DNA of 64,000 nucleotides from Promethearchaeota archaeon (lineage in GTDB: Archaea; Asgardarchaeota; Lokiarchaeia; Sigyniarchaeales; SOKP01). Positions 1 through 9,897 of this stretch are shown one piece after another. Each line of letters begins with the position of its first letter. The first letter of the stretch is position 1. Where the stretch lies: positions 160,001 to 224,000 of the forward strand of contig JAUVXW010000001.1 of assembly GCA_030603385.1 (NCBI GenBank). Reading direction: 5' to 3'. The notes under the pieces are model-generated. The model saw nothing but the letters and a program-made list of their open reading frames with translations, had not been told where the DNA came from and made no database searches. Position numbers and translations under genes: made by a program.

Positions 1-1
1 C

Positions 2-679
2 GTAAAAATTGTAAAAGAAATTTGTGAAAAGTTCCCAGCTCTTCAAGGAAAGCGACTTTTGCCGATCCTTCAAAAAGAAAGTCCCGGATTTATTGTAAAT
101 CGCTTGACGATTACGACTGGTCTTTATTTAATCTGGCTTCTTGAATATTCGAGGGAAAAAGGCATACCTTTGGAAAATGTAGATGCAGATGCTGAATCTC
201 TAGCTGAAATTGGACCTTTTGCTAAAATGGATTATTTCGGACTTGATACTACTTATAATGTTATGAGTTATTTCGCAGAAGTGCTTTCTCCAGAATTTTC
301 TCCAGGAAAAACAATAAGTAATTTAGTAAATAACGGTCATCTTGGAAAAAAAACGGGAAAAGGACTTTTCGACTGGAAAGACGGGAAACTCAATATTTCA
401 AAAACTGAAAAAGCAGGACTTTTTAATGTAGAGCTATTTATGGCAATCCAATTAAATGAAGGCTGTAGACTCTTAGAAGATAAAATTGTTTCTGGTTATA
501 AAATAATTGATGACACTATGATGGCAGGAATGAACCTACCAGGACCTTTTGGACCTGGAAAAAGAAGTTATGAGAAATGGACAAGATTATTGGAAGACTT
601 TGTAGAAAACTCAGGTATTAAGTATTTGAAACCGTGTAAACTAATGAAATCTGGTGATTTTGTTAATATGAGAAAATAA
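2..679 (+). CDS. 3-hydroxyacyl-CoA dehydrogenase, C-terminal part (5' end lies before the window)
   Basis: KESPGFIVNRL, GPFAKMDYFGLD and GHLGKKTGKGLF are 3HCDH C-terminal motifs; frame is open from base 2. Confidence 0.85.
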   Translation, partial: VKIVKEICEKFPALQGKRLLPILQKESPGFIVNRLTITTGLYLIWLLEYSREKGIPLENVDADAESLAEIGPFAKMDYFGLDTTYNVMSYFAEVLSPEFSPGKTISNLVNNGHLGKKTGKGLFDWKDGKLNISKTEKAGLFNVELFMAIQLNEGCRLLEDKIVSGYKIIDDTMMAGMNLPGPFGPGKRSYEKWTRLLEDFVENSGIKYLKPCKLMKSGDFVNMRK

Positions 680-840
680 TTGCTTTATTTTTTGGGATCC
701 AATCAATTCTAGTACACAAAAAAAATGAAACTAAAGAATTTGAAGATAAATAGTAAATTTTTTTTCATAATATCGATTGATGATTTTTTAAATAAACTAA
801 GATTTATTATATATAAGCCTAATTATAAAAAATTTTAAAT

Positions 841-1131
841 ATGTCGAAAGTCGAAAAATCCCCCAAAACGGGATTCGAAAAAATTATAGAATATTTTAAT
901 TCTGAACTTGAAATAAATCATCCTATTGCAATTGCAAAAGTCGTAGAAGATACAGGATTTTCTTGGAGCTTTATTAAAAAAACGCTAGCTAAAATAATAG
1001 AAGAATATGATGGATTCCATTTTGAAAAATCAGGAAATACATGGATTACATGGAAAGACAGAGAACATATTATAAAGAAATTAGATGATACATGTTCTCG
1101 CTTTTTGGAGGAATCCGATGAGGGATGTTAA
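841..1131 (+). CDS. small hypothetical protein, possibly winged-helix
   Basis: 96-aa ORF with an HTH-like segment IAIAKVVEDTGFSWSFIKKTL. Confidence 0.55.
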   Translation: MSKVEKSPKTGFEKIIEYFNSELEINHPIAIAKVVEDTGFSWSFIKKTLAKIIEEYDGFHFEKSGNTWITWKDREHIIKKLDDTCSRFLEESDEGC

Positions 1132-2405
1132 TCTTTAAATTTATTTCTCTTTCTTAATACATCATTTTCATATTTCTCAATTTCTTTAATCCAAGAATAT
1201 CCTACTGGCACATTATTTTTTAAACAGAAATAATCCCAGACAGGACCAAAGGGGAGTGTTTTTAATTCTTCTAGAAATGCGAGTCGTTGAAAGTATTGAC
1301 CATTCTCTTCATACTCCCTTAAAGTTTCCCAGGGTTGAAGTAAAGCATACAATAAGCTCTTCTGAACAGCTCGAGTTCCGATCACCCATGCTCCAATACG
1401 ATTAATGGAAGCATCAAAATAATCCAATCCTAAATGAATTCTATCCATGGCTTTACTCCTTACAATTTCTTCTGCTAGCTGAATCAAGTCATTACTCAAA
1501 ATAACGACATGGTCACTATCCCATCTTACCCCTCGACTGATATGAAGCATTAATTCGGGGATAAATGGAAGTATAGCCGAAATTTTATCTCCAACTGACT
1601 CAGTAGGATGAAAATGTCCAGTATCGAGAGTTAACATTACTTGATTAGCTATTGCATAACTTAGATAAAAATCATAACTTCCAACTACGAAAGATTCGCT
1701 CCCAATACCGAAAAGTTTCCCTTCAATGGTATCCTTCATCTCAGAGGGAGGATACTTCTCTTGTAGAATCTCATCTAATGAATCTTTTAATAATTCTCGA
1801 TATCCCATTCTATCAACAGGAATGTCTTTTAAGCCATCAGGTATCCAAATATTATGAATACAGGGTTTTTTTAACTGTTTACCTATTTCAGCACTTATTT
1901 CCCGACATCTACAAACATGTTCTATCCAAAATTGACGAATTTCTTTTGATTTACTGCTTAAAGTAAAACCATCATCCGCTTTTGGATGAGAAAAAAGAGT
2001 AGAATTCAAATCTAATTTCAGTTCTTTTTCTTTAGCCCAATCAATCCAATATTGGAAATATTCAGGTGTATATTGATTACGTTCAATGAATTTTCCCCCA
2101 AAATCTCCATGGAAAGAATGTAAATTTACACGATGACTGCCTGGAATTAAAGATAGTGCTTTTCCTAAGTCTTTTTGTAGTTCTTGGATATTTCTCGCTT
2201 TTCCAGGATAATTTCCTGTAGCTATAATTCCACCTCCACTCAGTTTTGCGTTTGGTCTTTCAAAACCACTAACATCATCACCCTGCCAGGCGTGAATTGA
2301 TATTGGAATCTCCTTTAATCTTTTCAAAATGTTCTCAGTATTTATTCCAAGATCTTCATATCTTCTCTTTGCTATTTCATAGGCTTTCTTAATTTCGTTA
2401 TTCAT
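1128..2405 (-). CDS. rhaA: L-rhamnose isomerase
   Basis: ISIHAWQGDDVSGFE, ATGNYPGKAR, LDTGHFHPTE, HISRGVRWDSDHV, DYFDASINRI. Confidence 0.93.
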   Translation of the reverse strand: MNNEIKKAYEIAKRRYEDLGINTENILKRLKEIPISIHAWQGDDVSGFERPNAKLSGGGIIATGNYPGKARNIQELQKDLGKALSLIPGSHRVNLHSFHGDFGGKFIERNQYTPEYFQYWIDWAKEKELKLDLNSTLFSHPKADDGFTLSSKSKEIRQFWIEHVCRCREISAEIGKQLKKPCIHNIWIPDGLKDIPVDRMGYRELLKDSLDEILQEKYPPSEMKDTIEGKLFGIGSESFVVGSYDFYLSYAIANQVMLTLDTGHFHPTESVGDKISAILPFIPELMLHISRGVRWDSDHVVILSNDLIQLAEEIVRSKAMDRIHLGLDYFDASINRIGAWVIGTRAVQKSLLYALLQPWETLREYEENGQYFQRLAFLEELKTLPFGPVWDYFCLKNNVPVGYSWIKEIEKYENDVLRKRNKFKD

Positions 2406-2415
2406 TTTTAACCCT

Positions 2416-2556
2416 TCAATTTAATATCTTCTTTCCAGTTAATTCGGGAAGTTTAATACCCAACTCGAATTTTAGAACCCGATCAGGCAATTCATGATTA
2501 AATACAGTATTAATCCGTTGAAACGATGCCCATTCCGTTTGATCTATTGATATCAC
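2416..2556 (-). CDS. possible 46-aa small ORF or gene remnant
   Basis: Hand translation VISIDQTEWASFQRINTVFNHELPDRVLKFELGIKLPELTGKKILN*; fills the gap between two co-oriented genes. Confidence 0.3.
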   Translation of the reverse strand: MISIDQTEWASFQRINTVFNHELPDRVLKFELGIKLPELTGKKILN

Positions 2557-2583
2557 CTAAATTAGTAAAGGATTAATAATTAA

Positions 2584-4023
2584 TTAGTTTACCTTTAGGA
2601 TGAATCTAGCATATCGATGAAGGGTTGGCTCTCCGTCATCTTTCACATCAAGAATCATATGAACGAAACCGGATTCTTTTGGGTCTTCAAATGACAGAAT
2701 TATTTTTACAGAAAATGGTGAATCGATATTTATATTTCCTTTATAAGTTCCTGCTTCTTTATAACTGAACCAATGATAGAATAGATTATTTCCATCTGGA
2801 TCAGAAGATTCTGTAGCATCCAATTTTATTATGTCGTTCCCACTAATTTCTCTGTTTAATTCACCTTTCACCACCACCTTCGGAGGATGGTTAGCATCTT
2901 CATATTTAGAAGTAGATGCCCAATCCATTCTCGCAGCAAAATCATGCTGGTATGCCTCGCGCCAACGCCAAATTGTTGCTTGGTTTGAGTGATAATTTCC
3001 TGGAACATCTCCTTTTAATTCCCCAGGGCCATCACCAACAATTATGGTATCAAAACTGTCAGTAAAAATAGGTCTTTTCTCTCGTTCATGTTGAGCTAAC
3101 TCGTATCGACCACCCCAACCACCAAAAGTAGGGCTCTGCAAGCTTCTTAATCCGTTAGGGATGAGCCATAAGTAAGTTTGTGTGTCGGTTTCCATAGCAG
3201 TAGTATTTTCTCCAAAATGGATTAGATCTGGATAAACTTCTCCTAAAGGACCGTGGTTATTTTGTATATTTTTTTTAAGCCAATCTTTAGTTATTAATGA
3301 TGAGTTTGGACCGCCTTTAAACCTATATGTAAGTTCTCCAGAAATTCCTGCCCAGGTAGCGACTCTATGGTTCCTAAACATCGCTATCATAAAATCTCTA
3401 TTAACTTCTGTTTTAGGAATATTAAAAGGGGTATTAACGTAAAATAAATTGGGGAAAGTATCTTTTAACCAATGCGATGCGTGATCCTGATCTACATGGC
3501 AATAAACTCTTATCTTAGCAATAAAAGTGTCAAGTTCTTTTTTAGTACGTGTTTCTCCGACTTTCCATAATGATTGAGCTAGTACATTAGCTCCACCCCA
3601 AAGGGTAATCCATACAGGTCTCGGATCATCTTTATCAATAACTTTAATAGTCCATTCAGATCCTTCAGTATCCTTTCCTAAGCCGACACCCTCCATTCCA
3701 TACTCCTTTGATCCCTCTTTTAAAATCGCAAATAATTCTTCTCTTGTCGGATAGTAATCATCAGTATGTTTCATTAAGTTATTTCTTGGGTCTCCCCTAT
3801 AGGCTTCGATTATTTCCTCGATTAAATCTCTTCGTAAAATATCTCGCTGCCACATAGATGTACATGTGACTAACCCTTCAATATCAATTTCATTGGCATA
3901 GGTTAAAAGTCGGACGATAGATTGTTGATCATCAGCTTCGTTTCCTATGTCAGTATGAACTAAGAGACGTGCCTTAGCAAGAGGATCAAATACTCCGAAT
4001 TTATCTGTCTTGAAATTAATCAT
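2584..4023 (-). CDS. DUF1593 nucleoside-hydrolase-like protein with C-terminal Ig/PKD-like domain
   Basis: TDIGNEADDQQSIVRLLTYANEIDIEGLV, WGGANVLAQ, GGWGGRY, WRWREAYQHDFAARMDW, DATESSDPDG. Confidence 0.85.
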   Translation of the reverse strand: MINFKTDKFGVFDPLAKARLLVHTDIGNEADDQQSIVRLLTYANEIDIEGLVTCTSMWQRDILRRDLIEEIIEAYRGDPRNNLMKHTDDYYPTREELFAILKEGSKEYGMEGVGLGKDTEGSEWTIKVIDKDDPRPVWITLWGGANVLAQSLWKVGETRTKKELDTFIAKIRVYCHVDQDHASHWLKDTFPNLFYVNTPFNIPKTEVNRDFMIAMFRNHRVATWAGISGELTYRFKGGPNSSLITKDWLKKNIQNNHGPLGEVYPDLIHFGENTTAMETDTQTYLWLIPNGLRSLQSPTFGGWGGRYELAQHEREKRPIFTDSFDTIIVGDGPGELKGDVPGNYHSNQATIWRWREAYQHDFAARMDWASTSKYEDANHPPKVVVKGELNREISGNDIIKLDATESSDPDGNNLFYHWFSYKEAGTYKGNINIDSPFSVKIILSFEDPKESGFVHMILDVKDDGEPTLHRYARFILKVN

Positions 4024-4053
4024 TAGTTTGTAAAAAATAATTAAATTTTAAAA

Positions 4054-4075
4054 TTAGTGTGAATTTTCACACTAA
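4054..4075. promoter_or_regulatory. inverted repeat, candidate transcription-factor operator in a divergent promoter
   Basis: TTAGTGTGAA-tt-TTCACACTAA, perfect 10-bp arms, between two divergent starts. Confidence 0.55.
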
Positions 4076-4116
4076 ATAAAATTAATGTATTTTCACACTA
4101 AATAAAATTAATGTAT
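4063..4116. repeat. 26-bp tandem duplication
   Basis: ATTTTCACACTAAATAAAATTAATGT at 4063-4088 and 4089-4114, plus a further AT. Confidence 0.9.
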
Positions 4117-4129
4117 CTGGTTAATTTAA

Positions 4130-5074
4130 ATGAAAATTGAAAAGTCAAGCCAAGATCTCGAAAATGAGGTAATTTATTCTGGGCTCTGTATTCACTGTGG
4201 TAGTTGCAATGCATTTTGCCCACATATGGATTTTAACCAAGAAACTGGAGAGGCTTATGTTGTAGATGAATGTGCTGAAACTGTAGGGCTCTGTTATAAT
4301 GCATGCCCAAGAAGCTTTCTACCGATATCAGAAATTGAACAGAAACTATATGGAAAAACTCGTATTGATTTAGCAGTAGGGGTTTATAATGATATAATTC
4401 AGGTTAAATCCAAAAATAAAGATGAAATTTTATACAACCTTACTTTAGCTGCTTTTGAATCCGGAGTTGTAAAACATATGGTTCTAAGCGAACCAAAAAG
4501 TAAAAAACCTCCTGTAGCATTCCCAGTTGTAGTAGATAACGCAAAAGATGCTAAGAAATATATACCAAAAACAACAATGGATAACGCAGGACCTCTAATT
4601 ACCGGTATTGGTAAAGCCTATAAAGACTATAAACGCGATATTGGAATAATAGCAAATCCATGTCACTTACAAGGATTAGCAAAAATTCTCACTAGCGATT
4701 TCAACACCGGAGCAGAGAGAACTTCTTTATGTATTGCTTTTGCTTGCTCTTCTGGTGGGATGACGGGTTGTAAATATTGTACTGATTTTTCTGGGGAATT
4801 CTCCGATATTTCCTATTCACCTTGGGGTGCTCCAAAAGGCTCTGGTGAAGCGCTTTTAATAATTCGAACTGATGTTGGTCAAAAGGTTGTTGATGCTGCT
4901 GTTAAACAGAAATTGATTGAAATTACTGACCCAAATCCGGATTTATCAGAAATGAAGAAATTTCTTAATAAGAAACGTAAAAAGAATTTCTTGACTCTTC
5001 TCGGTAAAGATTTAATAACCGCAAAATATTTAGATCTTAATGTTGATGAGTTAAAAGATATTCTTGAAGAATAA
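4130..5074 (+). CDS. coenzyme F420 hydrogenase/dehydrogenase beta-subunit (FrhB/FdhB)-like Fe-S protein
   Basis: N-terminal ferredoxin CIHCGSCNAFCP...CYNACP; NPCH; GCKYCTDFSGEFSDIS; IIRTDVG. Confidence 0.75.
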   Translation: MKIEKSSQDLENEVIYSGLCIHCGSCNAFCPHMDFNQETGEAYVVDECAETVGLCYNACPRSFLPISEIEQKLYGKTRIDLAVGVYNDIIQVKSKNKDEILYNLTLAAFESGVVKHMVLSEPKSKKPPVAFPVVVDNAKDAKKYIPKTTMDNAGPLITGIGKAYKDYKRDIGIIANPCHLQGLAKILTSDFNTGAERTSLCIAFACSSGGMTGCKYCTDFSGEFSDISYSPWGAPKGSGEALLIIRTDVGQKVVDAAVKQKLIEITDPNPDLSEMKKFLNKKRKKNFLTLLGKDLITAKYLDLNVDELKDILEE

Positions 5075-5330
5075 ATAACTTTTTAATTTCTATTTCTTTT
5101 TCCTTTTGTTTTGTAACTCTTTATCAATACAAAGAATTTTTCATGATTTAAGAAAAATTTTTCTTATATCCTTCTAAAGTTAAATTGATCCAGAATCTTG
5201 TTTTTTTTAAAGAGTTATATAAATATAAAATCGATTTAATCTTATTAAAGCAAAAAAAATTATTTACAATTAAAGTCTATATAATTATTAACAATTTTAA
5301 TCTAGCTAAGTTTGGTGATAGTAAGGGCTT

Positions 5331-5870
5331 ATGGATAAAATTCCGCGAAAATTATTGTTCAAGATCTGCGTCGTAGGAGATGGAGGGATAGGTAAGAGCA
5401 CAATGGTGCAGCGATTACTGACCGGGCAGTTTATAGCACAAAAGATTACGATTGGGACAGACCTTGCGACCTGGGACATCCAAATCAATGATTCCATAAT
5501 GACAAGACTCCAGATATGGGATTTCGCTGGCGAAAGGCGTTTTCGGATCTTTCTCCCTAGTTATGCTCGAGGTGCGACGGGGTGCTTATTATGTTATGAT
5601 ATTACCCGGCGAACAAGTTTCGATAGTTTAGAAGAATGGTATGGTATCGTGAAAAATAATGCGGTGGACCCTGTATTTATTCTAGTTGGAGAAAAGCTCG
5701 ATTTAGCTGATGTAAGGAGAAGTGTGGAAACAGACCAAGCCGAAAAATTTAATAATACTCATAATATTGACCGTTTTTTCGAGACTTCCTCTAAGAGTGG
5801 GGAAAATAATGAGAATATTTTTGAAACTTTAACACAGTTGATTTTAAAGAAAAAGGGATTTTTAGATTAA
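5331..5870 (+). CDS. Rab/Ras-like small GTPase
   Basis: GDGGIGKS, TIG, WDFAG, GEKLD, ETSSK. Confidence 0.92.
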   Translation: MDKIPRKLLFKICVVGDGGIGKSTMVQRLLTGQFIAQKITIGTDLATWDIQINDSIMTRLQIWDFAGERRFRIFLPSYARGATGCLLCYDITRRTSFDSLEEWYGIVKNNAVDPVFILVGEKLDLADVRRSVETDQAEKFNNTHNIDRFFETSSKSGENNENIFETLTQLILKKKGFLD

Positions 5871-5875
5871 AGTTT

Positions 5876-6754
5876 TTATTCAATATTTAATTGGTCTTTT
5901 ATTTTTTTATCAAGTGCCTTAAGGTGTTCAATTATAATAATTTGAATATTCTTAGGTAATGGTTCGAGAATTTTATCTAACTCTTCTTTGCTAAAATTGT
6001 TAACATCCCGATAAGTTAAAATCAGAGAAATGACCGCAAAAAGAGGAGAAATTAATAGTATAAAATAGATAAGAGAAGAAGTAGTCATCGGATCTGATCC
6101 CCCACTTCCAGTTCCAGGTAGATTAAGTTGAATTCTGAAAAGGGGATCTTGGTTCGAAGTAATAATTAAAATAGAATTTAGAATGTTTAGAGTAATGAAG
6201 ACGAATAAGTTAATTAATGCAATTAATCTAAAATTTTTTATTTTTAAGAATGAAACAATGGAATCATAAGTTTTAGGATTTTCTTTAGTAATTCTGCTAA
6301 GAATAATTTCTACTTTCGAATACTTCCATAGATCAATAAAAATCCAAAAAAATCCGAAAGTGTATAAAAAAATAAACAACCCGTTAAAATATGGGAAATA
6401 CTGGTCTACTATATGTGGATTGTATAGAGATTCAGCCCCTATCCAAAATAACAGAATTAATTGAAAGAGAGCAGAGAAAAATAATCGGTTCGCGTGTTTC
6501 TTTTCTAGGCCTATCGGATTATAAATAATAGGTCTCTCCTCAAATTCAGTTCTCCATTTATTTGTATTAACAATTCTAAAAAATATTGAAAAAGCAAAAG
6601 TAATAAGTGGATACAATAAAAGAGATATATCCTCCCATACTTGAGTGATTACTAATAGAAAAAGAAAACTAAATATGATTAAATCACGAACTAGAGTTTC
6701 ATTAATAAGGTCTTTTATTGATAAATAAAAATTATTATTAATATCTTCACTCAT
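5876..6754 (-). CDS. hypothetical integral membrane protein
   Basis: About six hydrophobic segments in a 292-aa ORF. Confidence 0.7.
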   Translation of the reverse strand: MSEDINNNFYLSIKDLINETLVRDLIIFSFLFLLVITQVWEDISLLLYPLITFAFSIFFRIVNTNKWRTEFEERPIIYNPIGLEKKHANRLFFSALFQLILLFWIGAESLYNPHIVDQYFPYFNGLFIFLYTFGFFWIFIDLWKYSKVEIILSRITKENPKTYDSIVSFLKIKNFRLIALINLFVFITLNILNSILIITSNQDPLFRIQLNLPGTGSGGSDPMTTSSLIYFILLISPLFAVISLILTYRDVNNFSKEELDKILEPLPKNIQIIIIEHLKALDKKIKDQLNIE

Positions 6755-6954
6755 TTTTTTATTAAAAGCAATCTTAATAATTAAACTTTTATGATTATTA
6801 GTTTTGAATTATCTGCTTATAGCTTGTGAGTAAATTAGATTCAATTTAGCCAAAGCATAACTCTTGCTAACCCTAAAAATTTAAATTAATCACACTATTT
6901 TATTCCACAACATACCTCTTACACATTAAATAATGTTAAGATGGTGTAGAAAAA

Positions 6955-8052
6955 GTGAAAAGTGAAAAACTCAATAGTAGAAAGACGCCTCTTTATGATG
7001 TTCATCGAAAACTCGGCGGTCGCATGGTAGAATTTTCTGGATGGTTAATGCCTGTTCAATATGAGAGTATTATTAAGGAACATGAAGCAGTTCGTTCTAA
7101 TGCGGGAGTGTTCGATATATCCCATATGGGTGAGTTTCTACTTAAAGGTAAAGATGTAATCCCATTTCTCCAATATATCATGATAAACGATTTAAAATTA
7201 TTGGAAGTATCTAAGGGTCAATATTCTTGCATGTGTTACGAAAATGGAACTGTCGTTGATGATTTATTTTATTATGAGGAAAGAGAAGATCTTTTTAGAA
7301 TAATTGTTAATGCTGGTAATATCGAGAAAGATTTTAAATGGCTAAATAATCACATTAAAAATTATGATGTAAATGTGCAGGATCTCTCATCTGAACGAAG
7401 TCGTTTAGCATTTCAAGGTCCTAAAACAGATGATCTACTTCAACCACTTGTAGATGTTGATCTATCTGAAATTAAAAGATTCTATTTTAGGTATTGTAAT
7501 CTTAAAAATATGCCAATATTTATAGCTAGAACCGGCTACACAGGGGAACGCGGGTTTGAAATTTCATTTGATAAGAAGAATTCAGAAGAAATATGGAATA
7601 ATTTGGTAAATACAGGAGCAAGTCCAGCTGGCTTAGGGGCAAGAGATTCGTTAAGGTTAGAAGCATGTTATTCATTATATGGGCATGAAATAAGTGATAC
7701 AATTACGCCAATAGAGGCTGGATTAAATTGGTTAGTAAAACCCAAGGAAGGTATTGAATATCTTGGTAAACAAGTGCTTATGAAGCAAAAATCTGAAGGC
7801 ACTGAAAGAATTTTAGTTGCTCTTAATTTATTAGATAAAGGAATAATTAGAGAAAACTATAAGATATTTAAGAATGGAAACGAAATTGGATATGTAACAT
7901 CTGGTGGATATTCACCTACTCTTAAAAAGACTATTGGATTAGGTTTGGTAAAAAGTCAATATAAAGAAGTTGGAACTGAATTAGAAATCGAAATTCGAGG
8001 TAAACTTCTAAAGGGAATTATTGTTTCTATACCATTTTATCGAAATGTGTAA
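6955..8052 (+). CDS. gcvT: glycine cleavage system aminomethyltransferase T
   Basis: RKTPLY, FSGWLMPVQY, FDISHMG, RTGYTGERGFE, GLGARDSLRLEA. Confidence 0.96.
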   Translation: MKSEKLNSRKTPLYDVHRKLGGRMVEFSGWLMPVQYESIIKEHEAVRSNAGVFDISHMGEFLLKGKDVIPFLQYIMINDLKLLEVSKGQYSCMCYENGTVVDDLFYYEEREDLFRIIVNAGNIEKDFKWLNNHIKNYDVNVQDLSSERSRLAFQGPKTDDLLQPLVDVDLSEIKRFYFRYCNLKNMPIFIARTGYTGERGFEISFDKKNSEEIWNNLVNTGASPAGLGARDSLRLEACYSLYGHEISDTITPIEAGLNWLVKPKEGIEYLGKQVLMKQKSEGTERILVALNLLDKGIIRENYKIFKNGNEIGYVTSGGYSPTLKKTIGLGLVKSQYKEVGTELEIEIRGKLLKGIIVSIPFYRNV

Positions 8053-8086
8053 AAAACGTAAAAACTTAGAAATGAAGTGAAAGCTA

Positions 8087-8479
8087 ATGAGTTATGAATT
8101 TCCTAGTGATTTAAAATATACAACATCTCATGAATGGGTAAATTTACATGATAAAATTGCTACTGTTGGCATTACTGACTATGCTCAGCATCAATTAGGT
8201 GACATAGTTTTTGTAGAACTCCCTGCTGTAGGAATGGTATTAGAGAAAGAAAGTAACGCTGGTGAAATTGAGTCAGTGAAAGCAGTTGGAGAACTCTTAA
8301 TGCCATTATCAGGAGAAATTATTGAGATAAATGAACAACTTGCTGAGAGCCCAGAACTCGTAAATTCTTCTCCTTTTGGGGACGGCTGGATGATTAAATT
8401 TAAAATTTCTCATGCAATTGAAATTGATGAACTTATATCTGTTGAAAGATATAAAGAATTAGTTAAATCAGAAGAATAA
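8087..8479 (+). CDS. gcvH: glycine cleavage system H protein
   Basis: HEWV, GITDYAQHQLGDIVFVELP, lipoyl-lysine motif IESVKA. Confidence 0.96.
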   Translation: MSYEFPSDLKYTTSHEWVNLHDKIATVGITDYAQHQLGDIVFVELPAVGMVLEKESNAGEIESVKAVGELLMPLSGEIIEINEQLAESPELVNSSPFGDGWMIKFKISHAIEIDELISVERYKELVKSEE

Positions 8480-8554
8480 TAATATTTTTTTTTATTTATT
8501 CATTAAATTATTTTTGTTAATTGTTTATATCAAATAATTGAGTGGAAAAATTAA

Positions 8555-9892
8555 GTGGATTTTGTACCTCACGATAGAAAAACAATTGCTGAGATGTTGA
8601 GGGTAATTGGGGTAGCAGATATAGAAGAATTATTTCAAGATATCCCTAAAGATTTAATTAAAGAAAAGTTAGATTTACCCACGGGATTATCTGAACCTGA
8701 TCTTTTTCGCCATATGGAAGAAATTTCAAGAAAAAATAAAATTTATTCGAGTTCTTTCTTAGGTGCTGGGTGTTATTATCATTATATCCCTTCCTTAGTT
8801 GATTTTGTTATTTCTAGATCAGAGTTTTACACATCATACACACCTTATCAAGCAGAAGCTAGTCAAGGGTATTTGCAAGCCATTTATGAATATCAAACAA
8901 TGATTTCCAGACTTACTCAAATGGACATTGCTAATGCAAGCATGTATGATGGCTCTACTGCTCTTGCTGAAGCAGCTATCATGACCACTCTAATTACTAA
9001 TAAAAAATCTATATTTATGTTGGAAGGAATTCACCCAGAATATATTGAAGTTGTTAAGACTTATTGTTGGGGGCAAAATATTAGTATTGAAATAATAACT
9101 GAAGATAAATTATTGAATCAATTAAATGAAGATGTTGCTGCATTATTATTCCAAAGTCCCAATTTCTTTGGTGATATAGAGAATATCTCAAAATTGGTGA
9201 AGCATGTTAGGGAGAAAGCTCCAAATTGTTTACTGGTTCAAGTAATGACTGATCCTACATGCCTAGGAGTTATTAAACCACCGGGTTTAACAGATATAGA
9301 TATCTTTGTAGCTGAAGGACAGTCTTTTGGCATAAGTCCATCATTCGGAGGACCTGGATTAGGGATTTTTACTGCTAAAAAGAAATATCTAAGAAAAATG
9401 CCAGGTAGGTTGGTTGGAAAAACTAAGGAGATTAATGGAACGCGCAAAGGATTTATTTTAACATTACAAGCGCGTGAGCAGCACATCCGACGCGAAAAAG
9501 CTAGTTCGAACATATGTACAAATCAAGCATTATGCTCGTTAGCAGCATTAGTTTATCTATTAGCAATGGGAAGAACTGGATTAAAAGGGATTGCGACCCA
9601 AAATTTTCAAAAAGCTCATTACCTCAAATCTAAAATTGGAAAAATTCCTGGTTACAAAATCTTAAACACCAAACCAACATATAACGAGTTTTTAGTTAAC
9701 TGTCCTAGTATTGATTCTCTTATTTATCAATGTAAGCAGCGGAACTTACTTCCGCCCCTTAAAATATCGAAATACTACCCTCAAATGAAAAATACTGCTT
9801 TGGTGTGTATAACAGAAATGAATTCAAAAGATTCAATTGAAGCATTTATTCAAGCTGCTCAAGTAGCATTAAACAATAAAGCGGAGGGGTAA
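8555..9892 (+). CDS. gcvPA: glycine dehydrogenase subunit 1
   Basis: YTPYQAEASQG, NASMYDG, REQHIRREKASSNICTNQAL. Confidence 0.96.
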   Translation: MDFVPHDRKTIAEMLRVIGVADIEELFQDIPKDLIKEKLDLPTGLSEPDLFRHMEEISRKNKIYSSSFLGAGCYYHYIPSLVDFVISRSEFYTSYTPYQAEASQGYLQAIYEYQTMISRLTQMDIANASMYDGSTALAEAAIMTTLITNKKSIFMLEGIHPEYIEVVKTYCWGQNISIEIITEDKLLNQLNEDVAALLFQSPNFFGDIENISKLVKHVREKAPNCLLVQVMTDPTCLGVIKPPGLTDIDIFVAEGQSFGISPSFGGPGLGIFTAKKKYLRKMPGRLVGKTKEINGTRKGFILTLQAREQHIRREKASSNICTNQALCSLAALVYLLAMGRTGLKGIATQNFQKAHYLKSKIGKIPGYKILNTKPTYNEFLVNCPSIDSLIYQCKQRNLLPPLKISKYYPQMKNTALVCITEMNSKDSIEAFIQAAQVALNNKAEG

Positions 9893-9897
9893 ATATT

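Noticed and set aside
4063-4116. Possible CRISPR mini-array
   Set aside because: Two abutting copies with no spacer and no cas genes.
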